A DNA stretch of 64,000 nucleotides from an uncultured Alphaproteobacteria bacterium (GTDB lineage: Bacteria > Pseudomonadota > Alphaproteobacteria > Acetobacterales > Acetobacteraceae). Where the stretch lies: contig CAWEVI010000007.1 of the NCBI GenBank assembly GCA_963812475.1, positions 2,693 through 66,692 on the forward strand, written 5' to 3'. Positions 26,912 through 36,914 of the stretch are shown here, piece by piece. Both the position numbers and the translations under genes were made by a program. Below the pieces are notes generated by a model. That model made no database searches and was not told the DNA's origin. It saw only the letters and a list, made by a program, of their open reading frames with translations. Each line of letters begins with the position of its first letter. Position 1 is the first letter of the stretch.

Positions 26912-27936
26912 TCCGCCACCTCCTCCGCGATCCGCAGCACGCGCAGGAAATTGCCACCCCAGAGCGCCGCAATCCCCTGCCTGTCATAACCGCGCCGGAT
27001 CAACTCCGCCGTGATGTTTGCGCTCTCTCCGGCATCGTGCCAGCCGGTGAAGCCACCACCGCCGTCAAAGTCCGACGAGATGCCGACATGTTCGATGCCG
27101 ATCCGTCGCACCGCGTGGTCGATGTGGTCGGCGAAGTCGGCCACTGTCACAGCCTCGGGCTTTGCGTTGGGGCGCAGGAACGCTGCCACCGCGGTCACCT
27201 GCACCACACCACCCACGTCGCGCAGCGCATCCAGTTGCTGGTCGTCCATGTTGCGCGGATGGTCGCACAGCGCGCGGATGCAGGAATGCGTGGAAACCAC
27301 CGGCGTGCGCGAATGCTCCGCTGCCTGCAACATCGCGTCGCGCGAGACGTGCGCCACATCGATCAGCATGCCCAGCCGGTTGAGCTCCGCGATCGCCGCG
27401 CGCCCGAACGCGCTCAACCCGCCATGCTCGGTCGCGGCGTCGCCGAGATCCTTGCGCGGATTGCACGAATCGGCGAGTGCGTTGTGACCATTGTGCGTCA
27501 GCGTGAGATAGCGCGCGCCAAGTTCCCGAAAGTGTGCCAGTCGCGAGAGATCGGTGCCGATGGAAAAGCCGTTTTCCACCACCGGCACAATGGCCAAAGC
27601 GCCATCGCGCTTCGCCGCCTCGATCTCCGCCGCGGTGACCGCGACGCGGGCAGTGAGGCCATTTTCGGTGCGCCCCATGGAGCGGATCGCCTGTAACATC
27701 GCCACCGCCCGCTGATAGGCCGCTAATTCGCCTTCCGGGGTGCGGGCGGCCTGCGGGACGTAGGCGGCGAAGCAGCCGCCGGCCAGCCCGCCCCGCTGCA
27801 TCTTTGGCAGATCGACGCGCCGCGTGCCGTCCTGGAACGGGTCGGGACCGGTCGGCCAGGGGATGTCGATATGCGTGTCGAGGGTCAGCAGCCCGCGATG
27901 CAAGGCGAGCATGTCGGATTGAGGTGCGTCATTCAT
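26908..27936 (-). CDS. Membrane (renal-type) dipeptidase, peptidase family M19
   Basis: 342 aa with LDTHIDIPW, LTLTHNGHNALADS, IDVAHVS and SDFDGGGG. It has an ATGA overlap with the downstream AKR. Confidence 0.85.
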   Translation of the reverse strand: MNDAPQSDMLALHRGLLTLDTHIDIPWPTGPDPFQDGTRRVDLPKMQRGGLAGGCFAAYVPQAARTPEGELAAYQRAVAMLQAIRSMGRTENGLTARVAVTAAEIEAAKRDGALAIVPVVENGFSIGTDLSRLAHFRELGARYLTLTHNGHNALADSCNPRKDLGDAATEHGGLSAFGRAAIAELNRLGMLIDVAHVSRDAMLQAAEHSRTPVVSTHSCIRALCDHPRNMDDQQLDALRDVGGVVQVTAVAAFLRPNAKPEAVTVADFADHIDHAVRRIGIEHVGISSDFDGGGGFTGWHDAGESANITAELIRRGYDRQGIAALWGGNFLRVLRIAEEVAD

Positions 27937-28151
27937 GATCCCTCACGCTTGCAGAAATTCACACGACACGGAAGGGGCGGCAAACCAGACCACGCACGCA
28001 GCCGGGCCTGACAACCCATCGGCCGAACGAGACGACCGGCACCGTGTTGGCGATCGCCGCGACCGAAGGCCGCCCGTCAGAGCGAACTGAAGCCAGGAGC
28101 GTTGGAGCGGTTGGGCGGCTAGGATAGCCTACCGAGGGAGAGGGGGCGCGG

Positions 28152-28697
28152 ATGAGCGACGAGCCGGCGGCGTGGATGGGCGTCATCGAGGAGAGCGTGC
28201 GGCGCAACGCCGGGCGGTTCATGTTCACCGCACGGTGGATCATGGCGCCGATCTATCTCGGCTTGCTCGTGGCACTCGCCCTGATCGTCGTGAAGTTCGT
28301 GCAGAAGTTGGTGCAGGCCGTGCCGACCCTGCTGGCGGAGTCGAGCAACGATGTCATTTTCGAAGTTCTGACATTGGTCGATCTATCACTGGTTGCGAAC
28401 CTGATCGTGATCGTGATTTTCGCCGGATGGGAGAACTTCGTCGGCCGCCTGCTGACGGTGCAGTCCGGCGAGCGGCCGCAATGGCTGGGCGCGCTCGACT
28501 TCAGCGCGATGAAGCTGCGGCTTGTCGCCTCGATCGCGGTGATCGCCGCGGTGCTGATCCTCGAGACCTTCGTGCATGTCAGCGAGATCCGGCCCGTGCA
28601 GGCGGCCCTGCAGCTTGCCATCCTGCTCGGCATCGGTCTGCTTGGGGTTCTGCTCGCGTTGATGGACCGTCTGAGCGAGAACCACGGAGGCAAATGA
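28152..28697 (+). CDS. YqhA / UPF0114 family membrane protein
   Basis: 181 aa with FTARWIMAPIYLGLLVAL and a helix pattern typical of UPF0114. Confidence 0.7.
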   Translation: MSDEPAAWMGVIEESVRRNAGRFMFTARWIMAPIYLGLLVALALIVVKFVQKLVQAVPTLLAESSNDVIFEVLTLVDLSLVANLIVIVIFAGWENFVGRLLTVQSGERPQWLGALDFSAMKLRLVASIAVIAAVLILETFVHVSEIRPVQAALQLAILLGIGLLGVLLALMDRLSENHGGK

Positions 28698-28701
28698 GCC
28701 T

Positions 28702-29760
28702 ATGCAGGTCGGCATCCAGTTCTTCCCCGACATCGGCCCTGACGTAAAGTCGGCCCGCGACTACTGGCAGGAGGCACTTTGCCTGGTCGGGCTGTGCGAC
28801 CGCTACGGCTACACGCATGTCCGCACGGTCGAGCACTACTTCCATCCGTATGGCGGCTACAGCCCGAACCCCGTGGTGTTCCTTGCCGCCGCGGCGCAAG
28901 TGACCAGGCATGCGCGGCTGGTCACAGGCGCGGTGCTGCCTGCGTTCAACAATCCCCTCAAGCTGGCCGGCGAACTCGCGATGCTGGACGCGCTGTGCGA
29001 CGGCCGCCTCGACATCGGCTTCGCGCGGGCGTTCCTGCCGCACGAATTCTCTCGATTTGGCGTGAAGCTCGACGAGAGCCGGGCGCGGTTCGAGGAAGGC
29101 GTGGAGCAGGTGCGGCTTCTGCTCGAGCAGGAGAACGTCACCGCCGAGGGGCGCTTTCATAGCTTCCGAAATGTCACATCGCTGCCACGGCCCACGCAGA
29201 TACCGCGGCCGCCATTCTATGTCGCGGCGCTCTCGACAAGGGAGTCGTTCGAACGCGCGGGTGCGGCGGGTCATGGCATCATGGCAATCCCGATGGCGGG
29301 AGGTGCGATGGCCGAGCTGATCGGGATCTACCGAGATGCCTGGCAGGGCGCCGGTCACCCGGGGCGCGGGACCGTGATGCTGGCATTTCACATGCTGTGT
29401 CATGAGGACCAGATGGCGGCCGAGCGCATCGCGCGCGATCCGCTGAACCGCTATCTGCGTTCGCTGGTCGGTGCGGCATCGGATTGGATGGACGGCGAGA
29501 GCTCGGCCGACTATCCCGGCTACGACAAGGTCATTGCCGCACTGGCGCAGGAGAATTTCGAAACTCAGGTTGCCAAATGCGCCGCCTGGGTCGGGACGCC
29601 GCAGCGGATCCTCGACACCGTGGCAAGTTACCGGCGACAGATCGGCGATTTCGAGATCGCCTCGTTGCAGGTTAACTTCAACGACATGGCCTTGGCGGAC
29701 GCGGAGTCGTCGATGCGGCTGTTCGGGGAGAAGGTGCTACCGCGGCTGCCGCGGCTCTAA
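28702..29760 (+). CDS. LLM-class (luciferase-like) flavin-dependent oxidoreductase
   Basis: 352 aa with TVEHYFHPYGGYSPNP, AGELAMLDALCDGRLDIGFARAF. Confidence 0.8.
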   Translation: MQVGIQFFPDIGPDVKSARDYWQEALCLVGLCDRYGYTHVRTVEHYFHPYGGYSPNPVVFLAAAAQVTRHARLVTGAVLPAFNNPLKLAGELAMLDALCDGRLDIGFARAFLPHEFSRFGVKLDESRARFEEGVEQVRLLLEQENVTAEGRFHSFRNVTSLPRPTQIPRPPFYVAALSTRESFERAGAAGHGIMAIPMAGGAMAELIGIYRDAWQGAGHPGRGTVMLAFHMLCHEDQMAAERIARDPLNRYLRSLVGAASDWMDGESSADYPGYDKVIAALAQENFETQVAKCAAWVGTPQRILDTVASYRRQIGDFEIASLQVNFNDMALADAESSMRLFGEKVLPRLPRL

Positions 29761-29783
29761 ATACTGGCCCACCACCTCCCTTT

Positions 29784-29811
29784 GGGGGGAGGGCGTGTCG
29801 GCCCTCCCTCC
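29784..29811. terminator. GC-rich hairpin between convergent genes (REP-like or bidirectional terminator candidate)
   Basis: GGGAGGGC (29787-29794), loop GTGTCG, GCCCTCCC (29801-29808), with extendable G:C/G:U pairs. There is no U-tract. Confidence 0.35.
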
Positions 29812-29834
29812 CCCTTGTATCTTGCCTGCGAACA

Positions 29835-30902
29835 TCACGCCGGATAGGACACGAAGCACTTCTCGGACATGAAGACGTGGGTTTCCACATAGTCGTGCAC
29901 GACCGGCTTTCGGTTGAGCGTCTCCATCGCGCCCATCAGCGCCATCCAGTTCAGCATCTCGTGCTGGCCGGCCTGTTCCATGTCCTTGAGCGGACGCTTG
30001 CGCCAGAAGTCGTAGTCGGCGTGCGAAAGCGCATCGAACATTGAACGGTCGGCCGCATGGTCGGGCCAAAGATAACCGTTGGTCGGCGACAGGAAGCAAT
30101 GCGACCAACTGGACGACGCGATCAGTGCCACGCGCCACGGCGATGCGGCGAGGATCTCGGCAACGGCGCGGCCGACCTCCATGCAGCGCCAGGGTTGCGG
30201 CGCCGGCGGATCGGGCAGTTCGCTGTCGTCTCGTGGCGGCAGGAACAGCGCGGCCATACCTCCCTTCGCGTGGATCAGGTTGCGGCCGTAGCAATTGATG
30301 GCGAATGGAATGACCGGCCAGGGAAAGCCGCGCCGATCCCAATCGAGATACAGCAGCGTGTTGGTGAAGGCGTGTGCCAGACCGTCCATGTGCAGCGTCT
30401 TGTAGGCATAGGCCATGTCGATGCCGCGCTCGATCAAACCGCTGGCCAGATGCTTTGCCGCGTTGCGCGCGCCATGCAGCTTCATCGCCCACTCCACGGG
30501 TTCGTTCCAGCGGTTGGTCTTGGCGCCGTTGCCGGTGTGCCATGGCTTCAGCTCGAAGTCATCGTCGAGGCCCATGACGCAGAACGCCGGGATGATGTCC
30601 TCGCGGAAATTCTCATACTGGTCGTCGCCCCAGATCAGCACGAGATCGGGGTTGAAATCGTCCAGCTGTCTGCGGATGGTCCGGAAGTCGTCACCCAAGC
30701 GTGCGCCATAGCGCCGCGCGGAGGAAACGCCGGCGTCGTTGCCGAGTTCGGCCAGCAACTCCGTGGGCCAGTTCGCGCGGTCCTTGTAGTGCGCGGGGAC
30801 GTTGGGCGCGGTGAGCAGGTGGTGAAAGCCGGCGGGCAGCCGTTCATCCGGCAGCGTCAGGCCGGGATAGTGCGTGCAGCCCAATCCGATGATCTCGCCC
30901 AT
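29835..30902 (-). CDS. LigB-family (class III extradiol dioxygenase subunit B-like) protein
   Basis: 355 aa. The N-terminus MGEIIGLGCTHYPGL resembles LigB/gallate dioxygenase starts. The family call is tentative. Confidence 0.5.
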   Translation of the reverse strand: MGEIIGLGCTHYPGLTLPDERLPAGFHHLLTAPNVPAHYKDRANWPTELLAELGNDAGVSSARRYGARLGDDFRTIRRQLDDFNPDLVLIWGDDQYENFREDIIPAFCVMGLDDDFELKPWHTGNGAKTNRWNEPVEWAMKLHGARNAAKHLASGLIERGIDMAYAYKTLHMDGLAHAFTNTLLYLDWDRRGFPWPVIPFAINCYGRNLIHAKGGMAALFLPPRDDSELPDPPAPQPWRCMEVGRAVAEILAASPWRVALIASSSWSHCFLSPTNGYLWPDHAADRSMFDALSHADYDFWRKRPLKDMEQAGQHEMLNWMALMGAMETLNRKPVVHDYVETHVFMSEKCFVSYPA

Positions 30903-30985
30903 GTCCTGGCTCCTTCCTGCCTGGTGGTGCGTCCCTCCGTCATGGCAACGTTAGGAGACGGCGCGCGTCGAAGCAACGGCATTGC

Positions 30986-31513
30986 CTACCAGGTTGCGGC
31001 ATAGCAGGCGCAGTCACGTGGAACATCCGCAATGTTTGGATGGATGGCCCATCGGCGCAGCACACCCTCGAACACCAAGCCGGACTTCTCCATCACGCGA
31101 GCCGATGCGCGGTTGTCGACGTCGCAGACCGCCCACAGTCGATGCAGACGCTGCGTGGTACGTGCCCACGCCACCGCGGCGGAGAGCGCCTCGGTCATCA
31201 GCCCGCGTCCCCAGTACGCGCGACCCAGGACGTACCCGACCTCCATGCGATGCTGATCGAAGCGGGCATCGAACACGCCGATCGGCTTGTCCGGAGCCCC
31301 CGCTTCCGCAAGCGCGAGCACCCGGCGATTGTCGCACGCCATCAGCGCCTGCATGGCGGCGAGATAGTGTTCTGTCTCCGCGACAACGCAATGCGCACGC
31401 CACGTCAGGTAAGTCGCCACCAGGCGGTCTGAGGCATAGGCCGAGAACAAGGCCGCGGCGTCCGCCGTGCACACCGGCCGGCTCGTCAGCCTGGCCGTTT
31501 GTAACGCGATCAT
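30986..31513 (-). CDS. GNAT family N-acetyltransferase (RimJ/RimL-like)
   Basis: 175 aa with EVGYVLGRAYWGRGLMTEAL and NRASARVMEKSGLVFEG. Confidence 0.8.
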   Translation of the reverse strand: MIALQTARLTSRPVCTADAAALFSAYASDRLVATYLTWRAHCVVAETEHYLAAMQALMACDNRRVLALAEAGAPDKPIGVFDARFDQHRMEVGYVLGRAYWGRGLMTEALSAAVAWARTTQRLHRLWAVCDVDNRASARVMEKSGLVFEGVLRRWAIHPNIADVPRDCACYAATW

Positions 31514-32463
31514 CCCAGAACCCAGCTTCGGAACAATGCAAGGTCAATGTTGCCGCCGCTGATCACGACACCGACCCGCTTGCCTGCCATACGCGCCCGC
31601 TCCTGCAACAACGCGGCGAGCGGCGCGGCGCCGGCGCCTTCGACAAGGTTGTGCGTGTCGGTCCAATAGGCGCGAATCGCATCGACGATCTCGTCATCCG
31701 TCACCGTCACGATGCGCGCGGCGCCAGCGCGGATGATGGCGAACGCCTCGGGATCCGGCTGCCGCACCGCAATGCCATCGGCATGCGTCTGCGCGCGGTT
31801 GAGCGCGACCACACGATTTTCGACGAACGAGCGTGCGTAGGCAGGAGCGCCGGTGCTCTGCACGCCGATGATCTCGGTCGCGAGGCCCAGAAGATCGCGG
31901 GTCCGGATCGCGCCGCAGATGCCGGAGCCGAGGCCGATCGGGACATACAGCGCATCGAGCGGCGGTGCAGCGCGGAACAGTTCGAGCGAATAGGTTGCAA
32001 CGCCCTTTACCAGATCGGGCGCGAAGGACGGCGCAAATTCCAGCCCCTCGGATACCGCGAGCCGTGCCGCTTCCTCGCGCGCCATCTCGAAGTCGTCGCC
32101 ATGCTCGACCAGACGCGCCCCGAACGCCTGCATGGCCGCGTTCTTTTCCACGCTGTTGCCGTGCGGCACCACGACAACGACCGGCACGCCATAGCGCCGC
32201 CCAGCCCAGGCGAGCGACTGACCGTGGTTGCCGCGCGTCGCCGACACGATGCCGCGCACCTGCGGACGTTCGCGGTGCAGACGCTCGGCATAGACCAGCC
32301 CGCCGCGCAGCTTGAAGGCGCCGGTCGGCGTATGGTTCTCATGCTTCACCCAGACTTCGGCACCGCTGCGCTCGGCCAGCAGCGGCCATGTGTATTGTGG
32401 CGTGCCGGGAAAGCTCTGGTGCACGAGCGACAATGCGGCGTCGAGTTCCGTCAGCGAGAACAT
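31510..32463 (-). CDS. PLP-dependent threonine/serine dehydratase family enzyme
   Basis: Start at MFSLTEL (ATG 32463). The PLP lysine motif is TGAFKLRGG, with SATRGNHGQSLA also present. It has an ATGA overlap with the GNAT gene. Confidence 0.75.
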   Translation of the reverse strand: MFSLTELDAALSLVHQSFPGTPQYTWPLLAERSGAEVWVKHENHTPTGAFKLRGGLVYAERLHRERPQVRGIVSATRGNHGQSLAWAGRRYGVPVVVVVPHGNSVEKNAAMQAFGARLVEHGDDFEMAREEAARLAVSEGLEFAPSFAPDLVKGVATYSLELFRAAPPLDALYVPIGLGSGICGAIRTRDLLGLATEIIGVQSTGAPAYARSFVENRVVALNRAQTHADGIAVRQPDPEAFAIIRAGAARIVTVTDDEIVDAIRAYWTDTHNLVEGAGAAPLAALLQERARMAGKRVGVVISGGNIDLALFRSWVLG

Positions 32464-32508
32464 GGCGCACCCGTCCGGACTGGATGAGAAGCTTCGGCTG
32501 GTGATGAC

Positions 32509-32556
32509 AAAAGCGGGCTGTCGCCGGAGGGTTCCCACCGGCGACAGCCCGCTTTT
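32509..32556 (-). terminator. Intrinsic terminator downstream of the csp pair
   Basis: AAAAGCGGGCTGTCGCC (32509-32525) and GGCGACAGCCCGCTTTT (32540-32556) form a perfect 17-bp stem with T/A runs on both sides. Confidence 0.7.
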
Positions 32557-32580
32557 ATTATCAGAACTTTGGACTTGCCG

Positions 32581-32784
32581 TCAGGCGAGCTTGAGGTTGG
32601 TGGCCGCGGCTTTGCCGCGTTCCATTGCCACCTCGTAGTTCACCTGCTGGCCGTCATTCAAGCCCTTGAGCCCGGCGGCCTGGACGGCGGTGATATGGAC
32701 GAACACGTCCTTGCCGCCGTCCTGCGGCATGATGAAGCCATAGCCCTTCGTTGCATTGAACCATTTGACGGTTCCAACAGCCAT
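32581..32784 (-). CDS. cspA: Cold-shock protein (CspA family), copy 1
   Basis: 67 aa: [34 protein letters not shown], containing the RNP1 and RNP2 motifs. Confidence 0.9.
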   Translation of the reverse strand: MAVGTVKWFNATKGYGFIMPQDGGKDVFVHITAVQAAGLKGLNDGQQVNYEVAMERGKAAATNLKLA

Positions 32785-32863
32785 CGTCGTCACTCCTTCC
32801 GGTGCGCGTCCCCTGTCGCGCTGGGGGGGAATGGGTGGACCAGGCAGTGGGCGAGCGGCTGCC

Positions 32864-33067
32864 TCAGGCGAGTTTGAGGTTTGTGGCAGCGGCCTTGCCA
32901 CGCTCCATCGCCACTTCGTAGCTGACCTTCTGACCTTCATTGAGGCCGCGAAGCCCAGCCGCCTGCACTGCCGTGATGTGGACAAACACGTCCTTGCCAC
33001 CGTCTTGCGGCATGATGAAGCCGAAGCCCTTGGTCGTGTTGAACCACTTGACTGTACCGATAGCCAT
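32864..33067 (-). CDS. cspA: Cold-shock protein (CspA family), copy 2
   Basis: 67 aa: [34 protein letters not shown]. It lies 79 nt upstream of copy 1. Confidence 0.9.
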   Translation of the reverse strand: MAIGTVKWFNTTKGFGFIMPQDGGKDVFVHITAVQAAGLRGLNEGQKVSYEVAMERGKAAATNLKLA

Positions 33068-33368
33068 CGTCTGCGTCTTCTCCGTCTATGCACCACGCAA
33101 CAGCGCGCGATGTCTGAAAGACAACCGGCCCTTTGGACGTTTTGAGGGCACCCGATTGGACGGAGGCGCAGCAAGCCAAGCCAAAATGCGATTGCGTTGC
33201 TTAGTTGGCACAGAAAGCCAGGAGCCTGTCAATCACGGTCGTGCGACATTGACAAATCCGCGCCTGCTTCGCACAGAATACCGAGACCAGTCGAAAAAAT
33301 GCGGATGATTGTCCAGGTCGATCCTCAAGCTGGTCCAAGGATCGACGAGAGCAACAGGAATCGGCGCA

Positions 33369-34274
33369 TCAAAACCCGCTTCGCGCGCCCCGCGATGTCA
33401 TCGCACGTGCGAACTCACCGCCCGCCGCGATGGCGCGCCGGCCCGCGGCGAGTTCGGGATAATAGAGATGCCAAACGTGTATCATCTCCGGCCATATCTG
33501 TAGATCCACCGCAACGTCCGCCGCTCCGGCAATCTGCGCGAGACGGATCGCATCATCCAGCAACGTCTCCGCCGCACCGACCTGAATGAGCAGTGGCGCG
33601 AGCCCGCGCAAGTCGCCATGAATCGGCGCGGCCAGCGGCGAGCGCGGATCGGCGCCATGCAGATAGAGCTTCGCCATGTCGAGGATGCCAGCCTTCTGCA
33701 CCGTCGGATCGGTCGCAGCCTTGCTGATCATGCTGTCGCCGATCGCTTCCATGTCCACCCATGGCGAGATCGCCCAGCCGCACGCGGGTTGCGACAGATG
33801 CAAATCGCGAATCGCAAGCATCGCCGCCACGACCAGACCGCCGCCAGCCGAGTCGCCGGCGATGATGATGCCGCCGGGCGACACGCCACCCGCAAGCAGA
33901 AAGCGGTAGCCGGCAACTGCATCGTCCACGGCCGCGGGAAATGGGTGTTCCGGGGCCAGCCGGTAATCCAGTGCCAACGTCCTGGCGCGCGCTGCCCTTC
34001 CGGCTTCGGCGGCAACATGACGGTGGCTGTCAAGCGAGCCGATCACATAGCCGCCGCCGTGCAGATAAAGGATTGCCTTAGATCGGTCGGCGTCCGGCGT
34101 TGCCGTCCATTCCGCCTTGACCCCGTTGGCGGTCACAGGCTCGACGATGACATCAGCCGGAAGCCCGTATTGTTTGCCGCGCGCGTCGATGTCGCGCCGT
34201 CGTTGGCCGATGTCGTCTGAACGCACACGCTTCGCGATGACTTCTCGCAGAGCAGTGATTTCCGGATCGCTCAT
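33369..34274 (-). CDS. Alpha/beta hydrolase, hormone-sensitive-lipase-type esterase
   Basis: Start at MSDPEIT (ATG 34274), 301 aa. It has the oxyanion motif HGGGY and the nucleophile motif GDSAGG. Confidence 0.8.
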   Translation of the reverse strand: MSDPEITALREVIAKRVRSDDIGQRRRDIDARGKQYGLPADVIVEPVTANGVKAEWTATPDADRSKAILYLHGGGYVIGSLDSHRHVAAEAGRAARARTLALDYRLAPEHPFPAAVDDAVAGYRFLLAGGVSPGGIIIAGDSAGGGLVVAAMLAIRDLHLSQPACGWAISPWVDMEAIGDSMISKAATDPTVQKAGILDMAKLYLHGADPRSPLAAPIHGDLRGLAPLLIQVGAAETLLDDAIRLAQIAGAADVAVDLQIWPEMIHVWHLYYPELAAGRRAIAAGGEFARAMTSRGARSGF

Positions 34275-34308
34275 CGCCTGTCCTCCTGTTCGAATTTCCC
34301 TTCCTCTG

Positions 34309-34683
34309 CTACTTCGCCTTGGCTTGCTCGTCCATGTCCTGCTTGCGCAGCTTGGACACGGGCATCTGAAAGAAACGGGCGAAGTCGAAGACCGTGGTGT
34401 CTTCCTGATTCCAGCAGACATAGCCTCGGCAGTCGCGTGGTCGTCCGTCATAGACAGTGCAACGCCTGTCGTTGCCGAGGAACTGGCAGGTTCCGGTGCC
34501 GGTCTTGATGCGCTTCTCGCCTTTGCGGGTACGCTCGACAATGTGGCGTTCCTCGAATTGGCGTACCGTCAGCTCGAGGAATTTTGCCAGTCGCCGGATG
34601 TCGGCTCGGCTGACGCGAACATAGCCGGCCATCCTGCAACACAGGCTGGGGCATTTCAGACAGTCAAGCGACTCGTCACTCAT
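34309..34683 (-). CDS. YkgJ family cysteine-cluster protein
   Basis: 124 aa with CLKCPSLCC ... CQFL..RRCTVY..RPRDCRGY, the CxxCxxCC pattern of UPF0153. Confidence 0.7.
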   Translation of the reverse strand: MSDESLDCLKCPSLCCRMAGYVRVSRADIRRLAKFLELTVRQFEERHIVERTRKGEKRIKTGTGTCQFLGNDRRCTVYDGRPRDCRGYVCWNQEDTTVFDFARFFQMPVSKLRKQDMDEQAKAK

Positions 34684-34725
34684 GGTTTCAGTCTGAGCAT
34701 CCCTCTCGATCGGTTCAAGTGCCCG

Positions 34726-35517
34726 TCACCCGATACCGCATGCGAACAGCCGCCCCGCGTGCGGCACGGTGTCGTTCACGCCCGCAAGCCGCAGGCAATG
34801 CCAGGCCAGCGCGTGATCGCTGGAGGTGATCGGAATGCCGGCGTCGGCCTCGATCGCCTCGATCCGCTCGGCAAGGCGCAGACTGGTGCAGGAGACGAAC
34901 ACCGCATCCAGCCGCGCGGTGCGCGCAAGCGCCGCGATGGCGGCGGCAATCGAATCCGCCGAGATCCGCGCTGCCTCCCGATCATCGCGCTTGTCGAAGG
35001 TTGCGAACGCGGCGACTTCGGCCCCATGGCGGTCCAGGTAGTCGCGCACAACTGCGTTCACCGCCGGTGAGTAGGGCGTCAGCACGCCGATCCGTCGTGC
35101 GCCGAGCGCCTGGAAGGCAGCGAAGGCGGCGGTGACAGGCGTGGTGCAGGCGATTTCCGGACGCGCGCGGCGGATCTGGCGAAAGATCTCCTCCTCGCCG
35201 AGCGCCATGCTGGCCGACGTGCATCCGAACGCCATTACGTCGAGGCGAATGTCCGGCAGGATCAGTTCGGCGGCGGGCGTGATGCGATCGCGCATTGCGC
35301 GCAGCGTTTCGGGCGTGATGTCGGCGTCGTTGAACAGGCGCGCGCCGTACACAGCGACGCCGGGCTGGCGGATCAGATGGCGGAATTCGTGCTCCATCGT
35401 CTGGTCGGTCGCCAGCACCAGAAGACCGATCGCGGCCCGCACGGCGATGCCGTCATCCAGCGTGCACGGCAACACGCCAAGGTCGGTGAATGTAAGGTTT
35501 GCGTACACCGGTTCCAC
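34726..35517 (-). CDS. Asp/Glu/hydantoin racemase superfamily protein (maleate isomerase / EutA-like)
   Basis: It has the two catalytic-Cys contexts MAFGCTSAS and FVSCTSLR. The start is uncertain (GTG 35517 or 35508), and the track extension to 35703 overlaps the upstream gene. Confidence 0.6.
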   Translation of the reverse strand: MEPVYANLTFTDLGVLPCTLDDGIAVRAAIGLLVLATDQTMEHEFRHLIRQPGVAVYGARLFNDADITPETLRAMRDRITPAAELILPDIRLDVMAFGCTSASMALGEEEIFRQIRRARPEIACTTPVTAAFAAFQALGARRIGVLTPYSPAVNAVVRDYLDRHGAEVAAFATFDKRDDREAARISADSIAAAIAALARTARLDAVFVSCTSLRLAERIEAIEADAGIPITSSDHALAWHCLRLAGVNDTVPHAGRLFACGIG

Positions 35518-35522
35518 CTCCG

Positions 35523-36755
35523 TCAGTTGCCCAGCGGAATCGCCGGTGCGCGTCCGGCGATCAGGTCCGCGACGATGCGCGCGCTGCCATGCGACATGGT
35601 CCAGCCGATATGGCCGTGTCCGGTGTTGTACCAAAGGTTGCGATGCCGCTTGCGGCCGAGGATCGGCAGGTTGTCGGGCGTCATCGGTCGCAGACCCGCC
35701 CACATCTCGGCGCGATGATAGTCTGCGCCATCGGGATACAGTTCCTGCGCGACCGATTTCATGAAGGTGAAGTCAGCCGGCTTGTGGGTCGTATCGTAGC
35801 CGGCGAATTCCGCAGTGGCAGTGATGCGCACGCGGTCGCCGAAGCGCGAGATGGCGACCAGGTTCGTCTCATCGACCGACCCGATGGTCGGCGGCGCCTG
35901 ATGGTTGCCGACCGGGATGGTGAGCGAATAGCCCTTGATCGGATATACCGGGAGAGCGACGCCGATCCTGCGCGACAGCAGCGGGCTGTGGCTGCCGAGC
36001 GCCATCACATAGGCATCCGCCTGGAACGCCTGGCCGTTGGCACGCACCGCCGTCACCGTGTCCCCCGACGCATCGATCCCGGTGATCGTCGTGCCGGTGT
36101 GGAACTCGGCGCCGAGATCGATGCAGCGCGCGCCGAGGGCGCGGGTGAATTTGTGCGAATCGCCGGTCTCGTCGGTCGGACAATAGATGCCGCCGGCAAT
36201 CTTCTGCACGGCCCCATGCAGCGCGGGCTCCAGCGCAAGGACCTGTCCCCGGTCGAGCACACGGATCTTTTGCCCGTCCTCCGCCAGCAACTGCATGTGG
36301 GCGATGCCAGCGTCCAGCGCGGCCTGGTCGCGATGGAAGTAAAGAATGCCGCGCGCATTGCGGTCGTAGTCGAGTGTTTCAGCCGCGACCACGTCATGCA
36401 GCACACGCTGCGAATATGTGGCGATGCGATGCTTGCGCAGCGTGTTGGCGCGCGCCTTCGCTTCGGTGCACTCGGCGAGGAATTTCAGCGACCAGCTGTA
36501 GAGCCGCGGATCAGCGGAGAATCGGAATCGCAGTGCCTGTTCCTTGCGAAACAGCGACTTCAGCAGAATCCAGGGCGCGCGGGGCGAGGACCAGACGAAG
36601 GAGTGGCCGGGCGCGATCATGCCGGCGTTGCCCCAGCTGGTTTCCTGCGCCACCCCAGCGCTGCGTTCCAGCAGGACGACCTCATGCCCGTCCTTGAGCA
36701 ACTGATAGGCCGTGGTCACGCCGACCACACCGCCACCCATGACCAGAACGCGCAT
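35523..36755 (-). CDS. FAD-dependent D-amino-acid dehydrogenase-like oxidoreductase
   Basis: MRVLVMGGGVVGVTTAYQLLKDGHEVVLLE contains the GxGxxG fold motif. It is ~410 aa and DadA-like throughout. Confidence 0.75.
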   Translation of the reverse strand: MRVLVMGGGVVGVTTAYQLLKDGHEVVLLERSAGVAQETSWGNAGMIAPGHSFVWSSPRAPWILLKSLFRKEQALRFRFSADPRLYSWSLKFLAECTEAKARANTLRKHRIATYSQRVLHDVVAAETLDYDRNARGILYFHRDQAALDAGIAHMQLLAEDGQKIRVLDRGQVLALEPALHGAVQKIAGGIYCPTDETGDSHKFTRALGARCIDLGAEFHTGTTITGIDASGDTVTAVRANGQAFQADAYVMALGSHSPLLSRRIGVALPVYPIKGYSLTIPVGNHQAPPTIGSVDETNLVAISRFGDRVRITATAEFAGYDTTHKPADFTFMKSVAQELYPDGADYHRAEMWAGLRPMTPDNLPILGRKRHRNLWYNTGHGHIGWTMSHGSARIVADLIAGRAPAIPLGN

Positions 36756-36914
36756 CGCACTCCCCACCGCGGCCGGTCGCGCAGGCCGTAAAGTGTGGGC
36801 CCGGCGATCGGCATCTGCGCGCCATTGTAGCAGCGTGGAGCGAAAAATTCAGCGCTGAGCCCTATGGAGGATTCTTCCCGCTGGCCGCGACAACGAGAGG
36901 CAATTCTCAGTCCA

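Noticed and set aside
32581-33174. 197-aa ORF covering both csp genes
   Set aside because: Copy 1 is the C-terminal part of this ORF and has its own ATG. Copy 2 lies in a different frame with its own ATG and stop (TGA at 32864-32866). The sequence upstream of and between the two CSD cores translates to non-homologous Arg-rich filler.
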